64,000 bases of DNA from Thermoanaerobaculia bacterium (GTDB taxonomy: Bacteria; Acidobacteriota; Thermoanaerobaculia; UBA5066), in the NCBI GenBank assembly GCA_963719225.1, contig CAVRAY010000001.1, forward strand, positions 3,232,001 through 3,296,000, given 5' to 3'. Position numbers and translations under genes: made by a program. Of the stretch, positions 30,433-40,147 are shown piece by piece; within the stretch, counting starts at the first letter, position 1, and every line of letters starts with the position of its first letter. A model generated the notes under the pieces. That model was not told the origin of the DNA. It worked only from the letters and a program-made list of their open reading frames with translations, and did no database searches.

Positions 30433-31809
30433 ATGAGTGAGCCATCCGTGACGGGTGCGAGGTGGTCGTCGCGGTTCGCGTTCTATCTCGGAGTCGTGGG
30501 CGCGGCCGTCGGGCTCGGGAGCATCTGGCGATTTCCGTACCTGGCCGGGACTTCGGGCGGGAGCGCGTTCGTCCTGGTCTTCGTCCTGGCCATCGCACTC
30601 ATCGCGACACCGCTCCTCGCGGCCGAGTTCCTGATCGGGCGCCGCGCGCGGCGCAGCCCTCCGACGGCGGCCGGGGAAGTGGCCCGGCAATCGGGTCTCT
30701 CGGAACGATGGAATGCCATCGGTCTCCTGGGAACGGCCGCGGCGTTCCTCATCCTTTCCTACTACGCCGTCGTGGCCGGCTGGGTCCTGGCGTACACGTG
30801 GAAGTGCGCGAGCGGCGCGCTCTCCGGCCTGTCGCCCGCGGAGGTGTCGGCGCTCTGGCGCCGTTTCCTCTCCAGCCCCCTGGAGATGGGCGCCTGGCAC
30901 CTGGCCTTCATCGCGCTCGTGGCCTTCTTCTCGGCGCGCGGCCTGCACGGAGGCATCGAGCTCGCCACCAAGATCCGGGGACCCGCCCTCCTCGGCCTGC
31001 TCCTCCTGCTCGACGTCTACGCGCTGACGGCCGGCGCAAGCCGGCGCGGTCTCGTCTTCGCGTTCGCGCCGAACTTCCGCGCGATCACTCCCGAGGTCGT
31101 GCTCGTCGCGATCGGGCAGGCCTTCTACGCGACCGGAGTCGGCATGGCGATGATGCTCGCCTACGGCGCATACGTCTCGCGTGGCACGTCGCTGGTGAAG
31201 TCCGCCGCGATCATCAGCGCGTCGATTCTCCTGGTTTCCCTCCTGGCGACGCTCCTCGTCTTCCCCCTCGTCTTTCATTACGGGATGAACCCCGCGCAGG
31301 GGCCGGAGCTCGTGTTCGAAGTCCTTCCGAAGGTCTTCGCCGAGATGCCCGGGGGCCGGGTCGTGGGAAGCCTGTTCTTCCTCCTTCTCGTCTTCGCCGC
31401 TCTCACTCCTTCGATCGCGGCGCTCGAGCCCGTGAACGCGCACCTCCTGCAACGCACGCGTCTCCGAAGGGTCCACGCCACTCTGCTGTCGGCGGGCGCC
31501 GCCTGGCTCCTGGGCATCGCTTCCGTCCTCTCCTTCAGCGCCTGGGCGCGCTGGCGCCCGCTGGGATTCCTGCCGGGGTTCGGAGCGAAGACCTGGTTCG
31601 ACACCGCGGACTACGTGGCCTCGAACGTCCTCCTGCCGGTCGGAGCTTTGCTCACGAGCGTGCTCGTGGGCTGGCGCCTGGACCGCGCCGTCACGAGCGA
31701 AGAGCTCGCCGAGACGACGCCCTTCGCCCGGCGAGCCTGCATCTTCCTCTTGCGCACTGTCTGTCCGCTCGCGATCGTCGCCGTCCTCGTCGCCAAGCTG
31801 CTCGAATAG
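30433..31809 (+). CDS. Sodium-dependent transporter (NSS/SNF family)
   Basis: GAAVGLGSIWRFPY, GQAFYA, YGAY, GPELVF. Confidence 0.9.
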   Translation: MSEPSVTGARWSSRFAFYLGVVGAAVGLGSIWRFPYLAGTSGGSAFVLVFVLAIALIATPLLAAEFLIGRRARRSPPTAAGEVARQSGLSERWNAIGLLGTAAAFLILSYYAVVAGWVLAYTWKCASGALSGLSPAEVSALWRRFLSSPLEMGAWHLAFIALVAFFSARGLHGGIELATKIRGPALLGLLLLLDVYALTAGASRRGLVFAFAPNFRAITPEVVLVAIGQAFYATGVGMAMMLAYGAYVSRGTSLVKSAAIISASILLVSLLATLLVFPLVFHYGMNPAQGPELVFEVLPKVFAEMPGGRVVGSLFFLLLVFAALTPSIAALEPVNAHLLQRTRLRRVHATLLSAGAAWLLGIASVLSFSAWARWRPLGFLPGFGAKTWFDTADYVASNVLLPVGALLTSVLVGWRLDRAVTSEELAETTPFARRACIFLLRTVCPLAIVAVLVAKLLE

Positions 31810-31829
31810 AGACGGGATCCTGTCGCGCA

Positions 31830-31979
31830 GGGGCTCGCCTTGTTGGAGTCCCACGTTCGGGGCGACACCAAAGGCATGTGAAGCATTTCGCGTCGCCCGG
31901 TTTCTGGGCGTCCTTCGAGAAGCTTCCCGCAAATGTTCAGGATCTCGCGCGACGGCCTCCTCACTCCACGTACTTGTAG
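31830..31979 (+). pseudogene. Relic of a type II toxin-antitoxin pair (antitoxin C-terminus plus RelE/ParE-like toxin N-terminus)
   Basis: ...LLESHVRGDTKGM* overlaps (GTGA, 31878-31881) VKHFASPGFWASFEKLPANVQDLARR, which stops after 33 codons. Confidence 0.55.
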
Positions 31980-33118
31980 CCCGTGCCCGTGTCGAAGACG
32001 ACGACGCGCTCGCCACGGTCGATCTTGCCCCCGGCGACGAGCTTCTTGACCGCCTCCCACGCGGCACCGCCTTCGGGCGCGGCGAAGAGGCCTTCGAACG
32101 ACGCGAGCTCGCCGGCGCCGCGCCGCATCTCGTCGTCCGTGACGGTCACGGCCTCGCCCTTCGACGCGTAGAGGATCTTCAGAATCAGATAGTCCGCGTA
32201 GGCCTTCGGGACGCGGAGGCCCGACGCGTACGTGTGCGCGTTCTCGAACCGCACGGACACCTCCTTCCCTTCCCTGAATGCCCTCGGGATCGGCGCGCAG
32301 CCTTCCGCCTGGACTGAGACCATCCGCGGGCGCGCGGAGCCGATCCAACCATGGCGCTCCATCTCGTCGAACGCTTTCCACATCCCGATGAGGCCGGTGC
32401 CCCCACCCGTCGGGTAGACGACGACGTCGGGCAGCAACCAGCCGAAGTCCTCGGCCAGCTCGTAACCCATCGTCTTCTTGCCCTCGACGCGATATGGCTC
32501 CTTGAGCGTGGAGACGTCGAACCAGCCCTCTGCGTCCTTCCTCTGCCCGACGATCCGGCCGCATTCGTCGATGAGCCCGTCGACGAGCGTCACGTGCGCC
32601 CCGTACGCTTCACACTCGATCCGGAAGACCTTCGGCGTATCTCTCGGCATGAAGACGTGGCACTCGAGACCTGCGGCCGCGGCGTATGCGGCTGCAGCGC
32701 CGCCCGCGTTGCCCGCGGTCGGCAGCGCCACCTTCCGGACGCCGAGCGCCTTCGCCATCGTGACCGCCGCGCCGAGGCCGCGCGCCTTGAAAGAGCCGGT
32801 CGGATTTCCGGCCTCCTCCTTGACGTAGAGCCGCGGCATCGCGTTCTTTCCTCCGAGCCGCTTCGCGTGGAGGAGCGGCGTCCCGCCCTCGCCCAGAGAA
32901 ACGATGTCCTCGGGTCGTCGGGCCGGCATGAGCTCGTGCCAGCGCCAGATCGAGCGCGGACGGCCGGCCGTATCGTCTTTCGAGAGCGCCGCCGTCGTGT
33001 ATTCCGCGAAGAGCGCTCCGCCGCAGCCGGCCTTCGTGCAGACGTTGTGGAGCTTCCCCGGGTCTTCCTGCGCGCCGCACCTCGTGCAGGAAAGCAGGGA
33101 CAGATAGGAGAACGGCAC
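31961..33118 (-). CDS. thrC: Threonine synthase
   Basis: SLGEGGTPL, NPTGSFKARG (PLP lysine), TAGNAG, PTGGGTG. Confidence 0.9.
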   Translation of the reverse strand: MPFSYLSLLSCTRCGAQEDPGKLHNVCTKAGCGGALFAEYTTAALSKDDTAGRPRSIWRWHELMPARRPEDIVSLGEGGTPLLHAKRLGGKNAMPRLYVKEEAGNPTGSFKARGLGAAVTMAKALGVRKVALPTAGNAGGAAAAYAAAAGLECHVFMPRDTPKVFRIECEAYGAHVTLVDGLIDECGRIVGQRKDAEGWFDVSTLKEPYRVEGKKTMGYELAEDFGWLLPDVVVYPTGGGTGLIGMWKAFDEMERHGWIGSARPRMVSVQAEGCAPIPRAFREGKEVSVRFENAHTYASGLRVPKAYADYLILKILYASKGEAVTVTDDEMRRGAGELASFEGLFAAPEGGAAWEAVKKLVAGGKIDRGERVVVFDTGTGYKYVE

Positions 33119-33146
33119 GTCCCTGATCTTATGATCGAGGCCTCGA

Positions 33147-34493
33147 ATGCGAGAGACGCCCCGTTTCCGCCGGGTCGATTTTCCGACCGCCGTGCTGTCC
33201 CTCCTCCTGGCCGGCGCCTGCGCGAGCACGTCTCCCGCCCCTCCCGCTCCCCTTTCCTCCGAAGAAAGGGCGCGCCTCGACGCCCTCGCGACGGACCTGG
33301 AGGAAATCAGGACCTTCCTGGGCATCCCCGGCCTTCAGGCGGCCGTCGTCCGCGACGGAAACCCCGAGTGGTCCCGGGTATTCGGAGGGATGGCTCCCGA
33401 AAGAGCGCTGCCGATCGGGAATTTGACGGAGGGCTTCACGGCCATCGCGGCGCTGAGCCTGGAAAGCCGGGGAAAGCTCCGCCTCGAGACGCCCGTGGCC
33501 GACCTCGACCCCTCCTTCAAGGGTCCTCGCACCGTCCTCCTCCGGCACCTTCTGTCCCACGCTTCGGAAGAAACGCCGGGGACGACGTTTCAGCACGAGA
33601 GCGAAGAGTTCGCGCGGCTGACGCGGATTCTCGAGAGCGCCTCGGGCAGGACATTCGCCGACCTGCTCGAGGAAGAGGTGTTCCGGCCGGCGCGCCTCGA
33701 GTCTACGCGCGCGACCGCGTCACTCACCGCCTCGGCCGGACTCACCTCGAACGCGCGCGATCTCGCACGGCTCGAGACGGCCCTGACGGGGGGTCGTCTC
33801 CTCGGGCCGGAGCCGCTCCGACGCATGACGTCGCCCACGTTCACGCCGAACGGCTTCCTCCCCTACGGCCTGGGCTGGTTCGTGACCTGGTCGGCGGGCG
33901 AGCGGATGATCTGGACGTTCGGGGAATCCCCCGAAGCCTCGGCGCTCTTCTTCCGGCTGCCCGACCGCGGTCTCGCGCTGATCCTCGTCGCGGAAGGCCC
34001 CGGCCTCTGTGCGCCCTTCCGCCTGTCGTACGCGAATCCGCTGCGTTCCTCGTTCGTCCTCTCCTTCCTTCGCCGTTTCGTCTCGCTCGTTCCCGACGCG
34101 TTGCGTCTTCTCGCGACCGACGAGGCGATCGACCGCGCGCTTGCGCTCCAATGGAAGCAGGATCCTCGAGCTGCCGCGGCCTTCCGCGCCGCGCTCGCCG
34201 CCCGGGATGCCTTCGCGGCTCCGGATCCCGCGCTCCTCTTCGGACTCGCGCGCACGAGCGAACCCGATCTCCTCGCGGCGGGGGAAACGATCGGCCGGCA
34301 GGTCCAGGCGGGCGGCTGGGACAACGCCCGGACGCTCCTCGACCTCGCGGTCCTCAACGCGAACGCGCACCGGCCGGCCCAGGCCAGGGACATCATTCGG
34401 GGTCTTCTCGCGCGCGAGAACGTGCGGAGCGTCTCGCTCCTCGCGGAGGCCCGGCGTCTTCTCGAGGAGGTTGAAAAGGCTTCCGCCCCGTGA
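33147..34493 (+). CDS. Beta-lactamase/serine hydrolase-fold lipoprotein with degenerate active site and helical C-terminus
   Basis: LAGAC lipobox; IPGLQAAVV, LRHLLSH, ASAGLTSNARDLAR, YGLGWF; the SxxK position reads NLTE. Confidence 0.75.
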   Translation: MRETPRFRRVDFPTAVLSLLLAGACASTSPAPPAPLSSEERARLDALATDLEEIRTFLGIPGLQAAVVRDGNPEWSRVFGGMAPERALPIGNLTEGFTAIAALSLESRGKLRLETPVADLDPSFKGPRTVLLRHLLSHASEETPGTTFQHESEEFARLTRILESASGRTFADLLEEEVFRPARLESTRATASLTASAGLTSNARDLARLETALTGGRLLGPEPLRRMTSPTFTPNGFLPYGLGWFVTWSAGERMIWTFGESPEASALFFRLPDRGLALILVAEGPGLCAPFRLSYANPLRSSFVLSFLRRFVSLVPDALRLLATDEAIDRALALQWKQDPRAAAAFRAALAARDAFAAPDPALLFGLARTSEPDLLAAGETIGRQVQAGGWDNARTLLDLAVLNANAHRPAQARDIIRGLLARENVRSVSLLAEARRLLEEVEKASAP

Positions 34494-36523
34494 CGGGGAG
34501 CGCCCGTTTCCGGGCCGCGGCCGCTCTCGCCGCGCTCGTCGCGGCGCTTCTCGCGGCCCATCGGGTGCCGACCGTTCTCTCCGAAGCCACGGGCAGGTTC
34601 GAGGATCCGGACGCGATGTTCCACGCGCGGCGGGCCTCGCGCGCCGTGGCCGACGGCTCGTTTCTGCCGCCTCCCTTCGACCCATTCGAGAATTTTCCGC
34701 AGGGTGGCCGGGCGCTCTGGCCGCCGTTCCACGACGCGACGCTCGCTCTTGTCGCGCGGCTCGGCGGCTCGACCCGCGACGCGCCGGCGCGCGGGCTTCC
34801 CTGGGCCGCGGCGTTCCCGGTCGTCGAGCTCTCTCTCGCGGTCCTCGTGGCCGCAGCTCTCGCGCGCAAAACAGGCGGGGACGCGGGAGGCATCTCCGCG
34901 GCGTGGCTCCTCGCTCTGACGCCCGCGATCGTGCGCCGCGGCTCCTTCGGCGAGATCGACCACAACCTGACGGAGGTTCTCTTCGGCCTCCTTCTGCTCT
35001 ATTTCGTATCGGAGCTTTCTTCGAAGGTGAAAGAGAGATCGCGGGGCCCGGGCGGTTTGCTGTTGTGGGCGGGCGGATGGGGGCTGCTCGTGCTCGTCTC
35101 CCTCGGCTTCTATGCCGGGCTCGTTCTCTCAGCGGGTGTTGCAGCCGCCGCGGCTTGCGCCGCGGAGATTCTCTCAGGAGGAGAGGAGAAGAATTTCTTA
35201 GAAGGGGAAAAGGAAGAGAGTGCGGCGGGGGCGAACCTCTCCGCTCTTGCGGCTGGCTTCGCGATCGCTGCAGCCCTGCTTCCGTTCTTCGCGGGACTCC
35301 GCGTGCATCCCGATCCCTCCGACCCCTGGCGCCTCGGCCCGCCTTTCGTGCTGCTCCTCTGCGCGGGCGCCGCAGGAACTGCGGCGGTCTCCCTCTCTCT
35401 CTTTCTCATTCGAAGAAAAACGGCGCTTCACTCTCCGAGGCCTGACTCGACTCGGCAAGCCCCCGCCTCCTTGATCCTCGCAGGCGGCGCTCTTCTGATC
35501 GGGGTCCTCCTTGCGGTTCTGCAGCCACGCCCCGCCTGGGGCGCGCTCGCGCGCGGCTTCGGCTTCATCGGGGCGCGCGACCCGTGGCTCTCGACGATCG
35601 ACGAGTTCCGCCCGCTCGGGACGTCGGCGCTCGCTCTTCTCGCCGCGTTCCCGTCGGTGCCGGTTTTTCTCGTGACGCTGGTTCTCGCCTTTCGCGGCCT
35701 GCGGAAGATCTTTACCGAGAGGCGAGCGGAGGTCGCGCGCCTCTCGACGGCGGCGCTCGCTTTCTTCGTCCTCGCCCTCGCGCAGAAGCGCCTTCTCCCC
35801 CCGGCGGCGGCGCTCTCGGCTGCCGCGGCGGGCGCGGCGTGGATTCCCCTCGCACCCGCAATGCTCTGGGTCCGTCGGGGAGTCCTCGCCGCGGGGATCG
35901 TCGTTGCGACGCGGGCATTCCTCCTGGCGTATCTCTCGATCACGTTCTCGGGAACGGCCGCGCCCGTCGTCTCACCCGGCGAGGAGGCCGCGGCGGCCCT
36001 CGTGACGCTTACTCCGGCGCCGTCGAACCCCCCCGAATGGGGTGTCCTCGCGCCGTGGGACTATGGACACGACCTCCTCACGCGCTCGGGCCGCGCCGTG
36101 GCTCTCGACAATTTCGGCAGCGCGCACTCGGAATTTGACCGGGCGACGCGGATCTTTCTCGAAACCGACCCCGCGGAGGCCGTCGCCGAGCTCGACGCGC
36201 TGCACCTCCGATACGTCCTCGCCGTGTATCCACCAAACGTTCTTCCCCACGCGTCGCACTGCCTCGGGGAGGATCCGCGCAGGCTCTTCCCGGCTGGTTA
36301 CAGCCCGGATCGCATGACCCCGTACCGTCCGACCGAGGCGGGCGCGCGCACGTTCCTGGTGCGCCTCCACCTCCACGACGGAGAGCCCCTCGCGGACGAC
36401 TCGCCGGCCTCTCGCGCCTCTCTCCTTCGACTCCGGAAGATCTGGGAGTCGCCGGAGACGGGCCCCGACCCGGGCGGGCTCGAGGTGCCCTTCATGAAGC
36501 TCTTCGAGGTCCGCCCGCGCTGA
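34490..36523 (+). CDS. STT3/AglB/PglB-like oligosaccharyltransferase
   Basis: EDPDAMFHARR, WPPFHD, GEIDHN (DxH-type), STIDEFRPL, APWDYGH (WWDYG variant), DNFG; multi-TM N-terminal region. Confidence 0.8.
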   Translation: MTGSARFRAAAALAALVAALLAAHRVPTVLSEATGRFEDPDAMFHARRASRAVADGSFLPPPFDPFENFPQGGRALWPPFHDATLALVARLGGSTRDAPARGLPWAAAFPVVELSLAVLVAAALARKTGGDAGGISAAWLLALTPAIVRRGSFGEIDHNLTEVLFGLLLLYFVSELSSKVKERSRGPGGLLLWAGGWGLLVLVSLGFYAGLVLSAGVAAAAACAAEILSGGEEKNFLEGEKEESAAGANLSALAAGFAIAAALLPFFAGLRVHPDPSDPWRLGPPFVLLLCAGAAGTAAVSLSLFLIRRKTALHSPRPDSTRQAPASLILAGGALLIGVLLAVLQPRPAWGALARGFGFIGARDPWLSTIDEFRPLGTSALALLAAFPSVPVFLVTLVLAFRGLRKIFTERRAEVARLSTAALAFFVLALAQKRLLPPAAALSAAAAGAAWIPLAPAMLWVRRGVLAAGIVVATRAFLLAYLSITFSGTAAPVVSPGEEAAAALVTLTPAPSNPPEWGVLAPWDYGHDLLTRSGRAVALDNFGSAHSEFDRATRIFLETDPAEAVAELDALHLRYVLAVYPPNVLPHASHCLGEDPRRLFPAGYSPDRMTPYRPTEAGARTFLVRLHLHDGEPLADDSPASRASLLRLRKIWESPETGPDPGGLEVPFMKLFEVRPR

Positions 36524-36541
36524 GGGCGCGGGCGCAGCGCT

Positions 36542-36922
36542 TTACTGGTCGACGATTCCGAGCGCCTTCCCCGTCGCACAGTCGATCCTGAGAAGGTGCC
36601 TCGAATCGACGCCATACGACGAGTCGAGCTCGTATTGGTTGCCCAGGATCTGATAGTCGCCGACGCCGTTCTTCGAGCGCATCAGGTTCAGGGCCGTACC
36701 GTTTCGAGGGTCCACCATGGGGTTCCGGCAGGTCGTCCCGCTCGGCTCTTCCTTCTGGGCGAGCCCGCTCACGGCGACCATGAAGTGGTCGGGCAGGTTT
36801 TTCGCCTGAGCCACGATCGGCGACTCCATCGAGCTGCTCGAGGAGGCGCAGCCCGAAAGCGCCACGAGCGCCGACGACGCGGCGAGAATTCCGGCAACCC
36901 TCACGAGAGATCTGCTTCGCAT
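36542..36922 (-). CDS. Small lipoprotein
   Basis: LSGC lipobox; CRNPMVDPR...RIDC. Confidence 0.7.
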   Translation of the reverse strand: MRSRSLVRVAGILAASSALVALSGCASSSSSMESPIVAQAKNLPDHFMVAVSGLAQKEEPSGTTCRNPMVDPRNGTALNLMRSKNGVGDYQILGNQYELDSSYGVDSRHLLRIDCATGKALGIVDQ

Positions 36923-36953
36923 GCGCGGACACTAGCAGACGCCGCCCGGCCGT

Positions 36954-37991
36954 TCACCGCGTTTCCGTCACCTTCCGGATGCCGCGCGGGCGGTCCGGAT
37001 CGAGTCCGCGGATCAGCGCTGCGTGGTAGGCGAGGAGCTGCCCGGGAATCACGGAGACGATCGGCGCGAGAAGCTCGGGGACCTCGGGAACGGGAATTGC
37101 GTCCCTTCCGCGCGGTCCGATCCGGATGACAGGGCTCCCGCGCCGCGTCAGGTCCCTGCCGACGGAGCGCATCTCCGCCTCGGGACGCGTCCCCGGAGGC
37201 GATACGAGGATGACGGGGAGGTCTTTCTCCGCCATCGCGATCGGGCCGTGCTGGAAGTCGGCCGCCGAGAAGGGCTCCGTGAGCAGCAGCGCGAGCTCCT
37301 TCAGCTTCAGCGCGATCTCGAATGCGGTCGAATAATGCACGCCGCGCGCGAGGACGACGGCCCGCTCGGCGTGTGCGAGCTTCCGCGCGGCGCGCGCCGC
37401 GGCGGGCTCGGAGGACAGGGCCTTCCCCATGGCATCCGGCACGGCCCCCAGCGCCTCGAGCTCTTTTTTTCGGCGCGCGAAGGACAGGACGAGGAGCGCG
37501 ACGGCCGCGAGCTCGGTCGTGTAGGTCTTCGTCGCCGCGACGCTCCGCTCCGGGCCCGCGTGCAGCGGTAGCACGTCGCGCGCGGCGCGCGCGAGCGGGC
37601 TTTCCGGGTCGTTTACGATCGCGAGAGTCGGCGACCCGTCGCGGCGTGCGGCCGCGATCGTCTCGACGATGTCCGGCGAGCGTCCCGACTGGGAGATGCC
37701 GATCACGAGCGCGCCCTTCAGGCGCGGCGGCATCCCGTAAAGTGTGACGAGCGACGGCGCCGCGAGCGCGACGGGGAGACGCGAGGAGAGTCCGAACGCG
37801 TACTGAACGTACCGGGCCGCGTTGTCCGACGTGCCACGCGCCGCGACGAGGACGAACGGAATGTCCGCGCGACGCCAGCCTGCCGCGAGGGCCGCCGCGT
37901 TCCTGCGCTCGCGGGCGAGAAGGCGCGCGACGGCCTCGGGCTGCTCGCGCATCTCGCGGTGCAGGACGGAAACCGCGCGGTCTTCGGGCAT
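36954..37991 (-). CDS. SIS-domain sugar isomerase (GlmS isomerase-domain-like)
   Basis: EMREQP, ARGTS, SQSGRSPD, VAATKTYT, ALKLKE, FQHGP, PRGIRKVT. Confidence 0.88.
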   Translation of the reverse strand: MPEDRAVSVLHREMREQPEAVARLLARERRNAAALAAGWRRADIPFVLVAARGTSDNAARYVQYAFGLSSRLPVALAAPSLVTLYGMPPRLKGALVIGISQSGRSPDIVETIAAARRDGSPTLAIVNDPESPLARAARDVLPLHAGPERSVAATKTYTTELAAVALLVLSFARRKKELEALGAVPDAMGKALSSEPAAARAARKLAHAERAVVLARGVHYSTAFEIALKLKELALLLTEPFSAADFQHGPIAMAEKDLPVILVSPPGTRPEAEMRSVGRDLTRRGSPVIRIGPRGRDAIPVPEVPELLAPIVSVIPGQLLAYHAALIRGLDPDRPRGIRKVTETR

Positions 37992-38013
37992 CGTGCGATG
38001 CTAGCGCAGCAAG

Positions 38014-39327
38014 ATGTCGGTGCTCTCGCGCGGCGCAAGGAGGAAGCACAGGCGGAGGACGCCGCGATTCCTCAGGCCCGTCCTCCGGCCGATGGCATTT
38101 CGGGTCCTTCCCCGCGCGCTCCGGCCCACGCGCGTGTGGCGTCTCGCCGAAGCGCTGGCTCTCGGAGTTCGCGATGCCGAATTCGAGGTGCTCCTCCGAC
38201 GGATCGACGCGGCCCCGCTGCACCGGGGCAACGCGGTCACCGTGTTCTTCGACGGACCCGCCGCATTCGCGTCGATGTGCGAGGCCATCGAGGCCGCCGA
38301 GAGCGAGGTCCTCCTCGAGGCCTACATCCTCAAGGACGACGCGACCGGACGGGTATTCGTCGAAGCCCTCGCGGCGGCCGCCCGGCGCGGCGTCGCCGTG
38401 CGTGTTCTCGCCGACGCGTTCGGCTCGAGCGACACGCGAAAGGAGTTCTGGCGTCAGATGGAGGAGAGGCACATCGAAGTGCACCTCTATCACCCGCTCG
38501 TTCCCTTCCTCTGGTATCAGCCGTACCGCGATCACCGGAAGATCCTCGTGGCGGATCGGCGCGTGGCTTTCACGGGAGGCATGAACATCGGCGACGAATA
38601 CGGCTCCTCGCTCAAGGGCCGCGGAGCCGAGCTCTGGCGCGACACGCACGCCCGTCTCGAAGGACCCGCGGCATGGGAGATGGCCGTGGTCTTTCAAGAA
38701 GGGTGGGATCGGGCCGGCGGAAAGCCCTTCCAGATTGCCCCGCTCGAGCTCCCCGCGGCGGACGAGCCCCCGCCTCCCGGAGCGTCGATCCTCGTTCTCG
38801 ACTCGAGCCCCGGCCGTGGTCACGAGGAAACGGCTTCCGTCCTCGCCGCGATGGGGGCTGCGGCGCGGAAGTCCGTCTGGCTGACGAACGCCTATTTCGC
38901 GCCGCGCCGCGCCGCGCTGCCGATCCTCGCCCGGGCAGCCGCGCGCGGGGTCGACGTCCGGCTCCTCCTGCCCGGGAAGAGCGACGTTCCCGTCGTGCGC
39001 CATGCCGGGCACGGTGTCTTTCGATACCTGCTCGAGCGAGGCGTGAGGATCTTCGAGTACGACACCTCCGTCCTGCACGCCAAGAGCCTCATCGTCGACG
39101 GCTTCGCCTCGATGGTCGGGTCGACGAACATGGACTTCCGGTCGTTCCACTTCAATTCGGAGTGCAACGTCGTCGTGCTCGACGAAGCGGTCGCGGCATC
39201 TCTCGAGCGTCAGTTCGTCGCGGATCTCGCCGGGTCGCGCGAAATCACCCTGGCCGAGTGGGACCGGCGTACGGCGCTTCACGAATTCGGCGACTTCTGC
39301 GCCCGCGCCCTCTCCCCCGTGCTGTGA
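38014..39327 (+). CDS. cls: Cardiolipin synthase / phospholipase D family
   Basis: Two HKD motifs: HRKILVAD...GGMNIG and HAKSLIVD...GSTNMD. Confidence 0.88.
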   Translation: MSVLSRGARRKHRRRTPRFLRPVLRPMAFRVLPRALRPTRVWRLAEALALGVRDAEFEVLLRRIDAAPLHRGNAVTVFFDGPAAFASMCEAIEAAESEVLLEAYILKDDATGRVFVEALAAAARRGVAVRVLADAFGSSDTRKEFWRQMEERHIEVHLYHPLVPFLWYQPYRDHRKILVADRRVAFTGGMNIGDEYGSSLKGRGAELWRDTHARLEGPAAWEMAVVFQEGWDRAGGKPFQIAPLELPAADEPPPPGASILVLDSSPGRGHEETASVLAAMGAAARKSVWLTNAYFAPRRAALPILARAAARGVDVRLLLPGKSDVPVVRHAGHGVFRYLLERGVRIFEYDTSVLHAKSLIVDGFASMVGSTNMDFRSFHFNSECNVVVLDEAVAASLERQFVADLAGSREITLAEWDRRTALHEFGDFCARALSPVL

Positions 39328-39361
39328 GTTGCAACGTGACCTCGAGTGCTAGCATTTATGC

Positions 39362-40147
39362 ATGGAGGCGTCTATGACTTCCCGCCACCTCGCCCGCCAT
39401 GCAACGTCGCTTGCAGTTTTCCTCCTACTGGCGTTACAGACGCTCGACATATACGCTTCGTCGGCCGTATCGGAAGTCCCTGCTGACGCCGGCGTGCTTC
39501 GAGGCAGCGATGTAAACCGAACCGTCCTCTTCGTCCCGCTCTCGCGGCTGGTCGACGCGAGTGGACGCGTTGAACAGAGGTTTTTTCGGAACGGGGGCTA
39601 CGAGCGTTTTCAAGCGTTCCTCGATAAGGCCGGGCCTTGCCGGCCGCTTCCGCCGAGTTGCCAACTGGGGTCCGGGGCGGTAACGACAGTAGCGCGCGGG
39701 CCCGCTTGGCTCAGCCGCATTGAAAGCACTTCTGTCACAACCAGGGTGCGCGTCATCTCGCGGGCACCCGGAGTCGTCCTTCAATCGTTCTCACCTGCCT
39801 TTCTCGTCACTGTGAGAGTCGAGGAGGTACTGCGAGCCCGTGAGAGTCCGGTGGCCGTGGGCGATCTGCTGACTTACCTGACATCCTCCGCGGATATCGA
39901 AGTCTCGGGTCGGCGCCTTTGCATCTCCGCTCCTGATGAAGTTCTTCCCCAGCCGGGAGATGAATTGCTCCTGACTGGCTTCACCGCGCCTGACTTGCCG
40001 TCCCATCTTGTCAATCAGCCGCTAACGGACGTCTTTGCGATCCGTGGGTCGACGGTCATTATTCCAACCGAGCATCAGGCCCAACCGCTGAGCTCGGTTC
40101 TCCGGTCAATTCGCGATCTCGGCCAATCGATCCCCACGGTGCGCTGA
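39362..40147 (+). CDS. Hypothetical secreted protein (lower-GC island)
   Basis: Signal-like N-terminus; atypical codon usage; TGATG overlap with the next gene. Confidence 0.6.
   Translation: MEASMTSRHLARHATSLAVFLLLALQTLDIYASSAVSEVPADAGVLRGSDVNRTVLFVPLSRLVDASGRVEQRFFRNGGYERFQAFLDKAGPCRPLPPSCQLGSGAVTTVARGPAWLSRIESTSVTTRVRVISRAPGVVLQSFSPAFLVTVRVEEVLRARESPVAVGDLLTYLTSSADIEVSGRRLCISAPDEVLPQPGDELLLTGFTAPDLPSHLVNQPLTDVFAIRGSTVIIPTEHQAQPLSSVLRSIRDLGQSIPTVR

Noticed and set aside
36511-36535. GC hairpin between convergent genes as an intrinsic terminator
   Set aside because: The stem overlaps the stop codon and has no adjacent U-tract; not well enough supported
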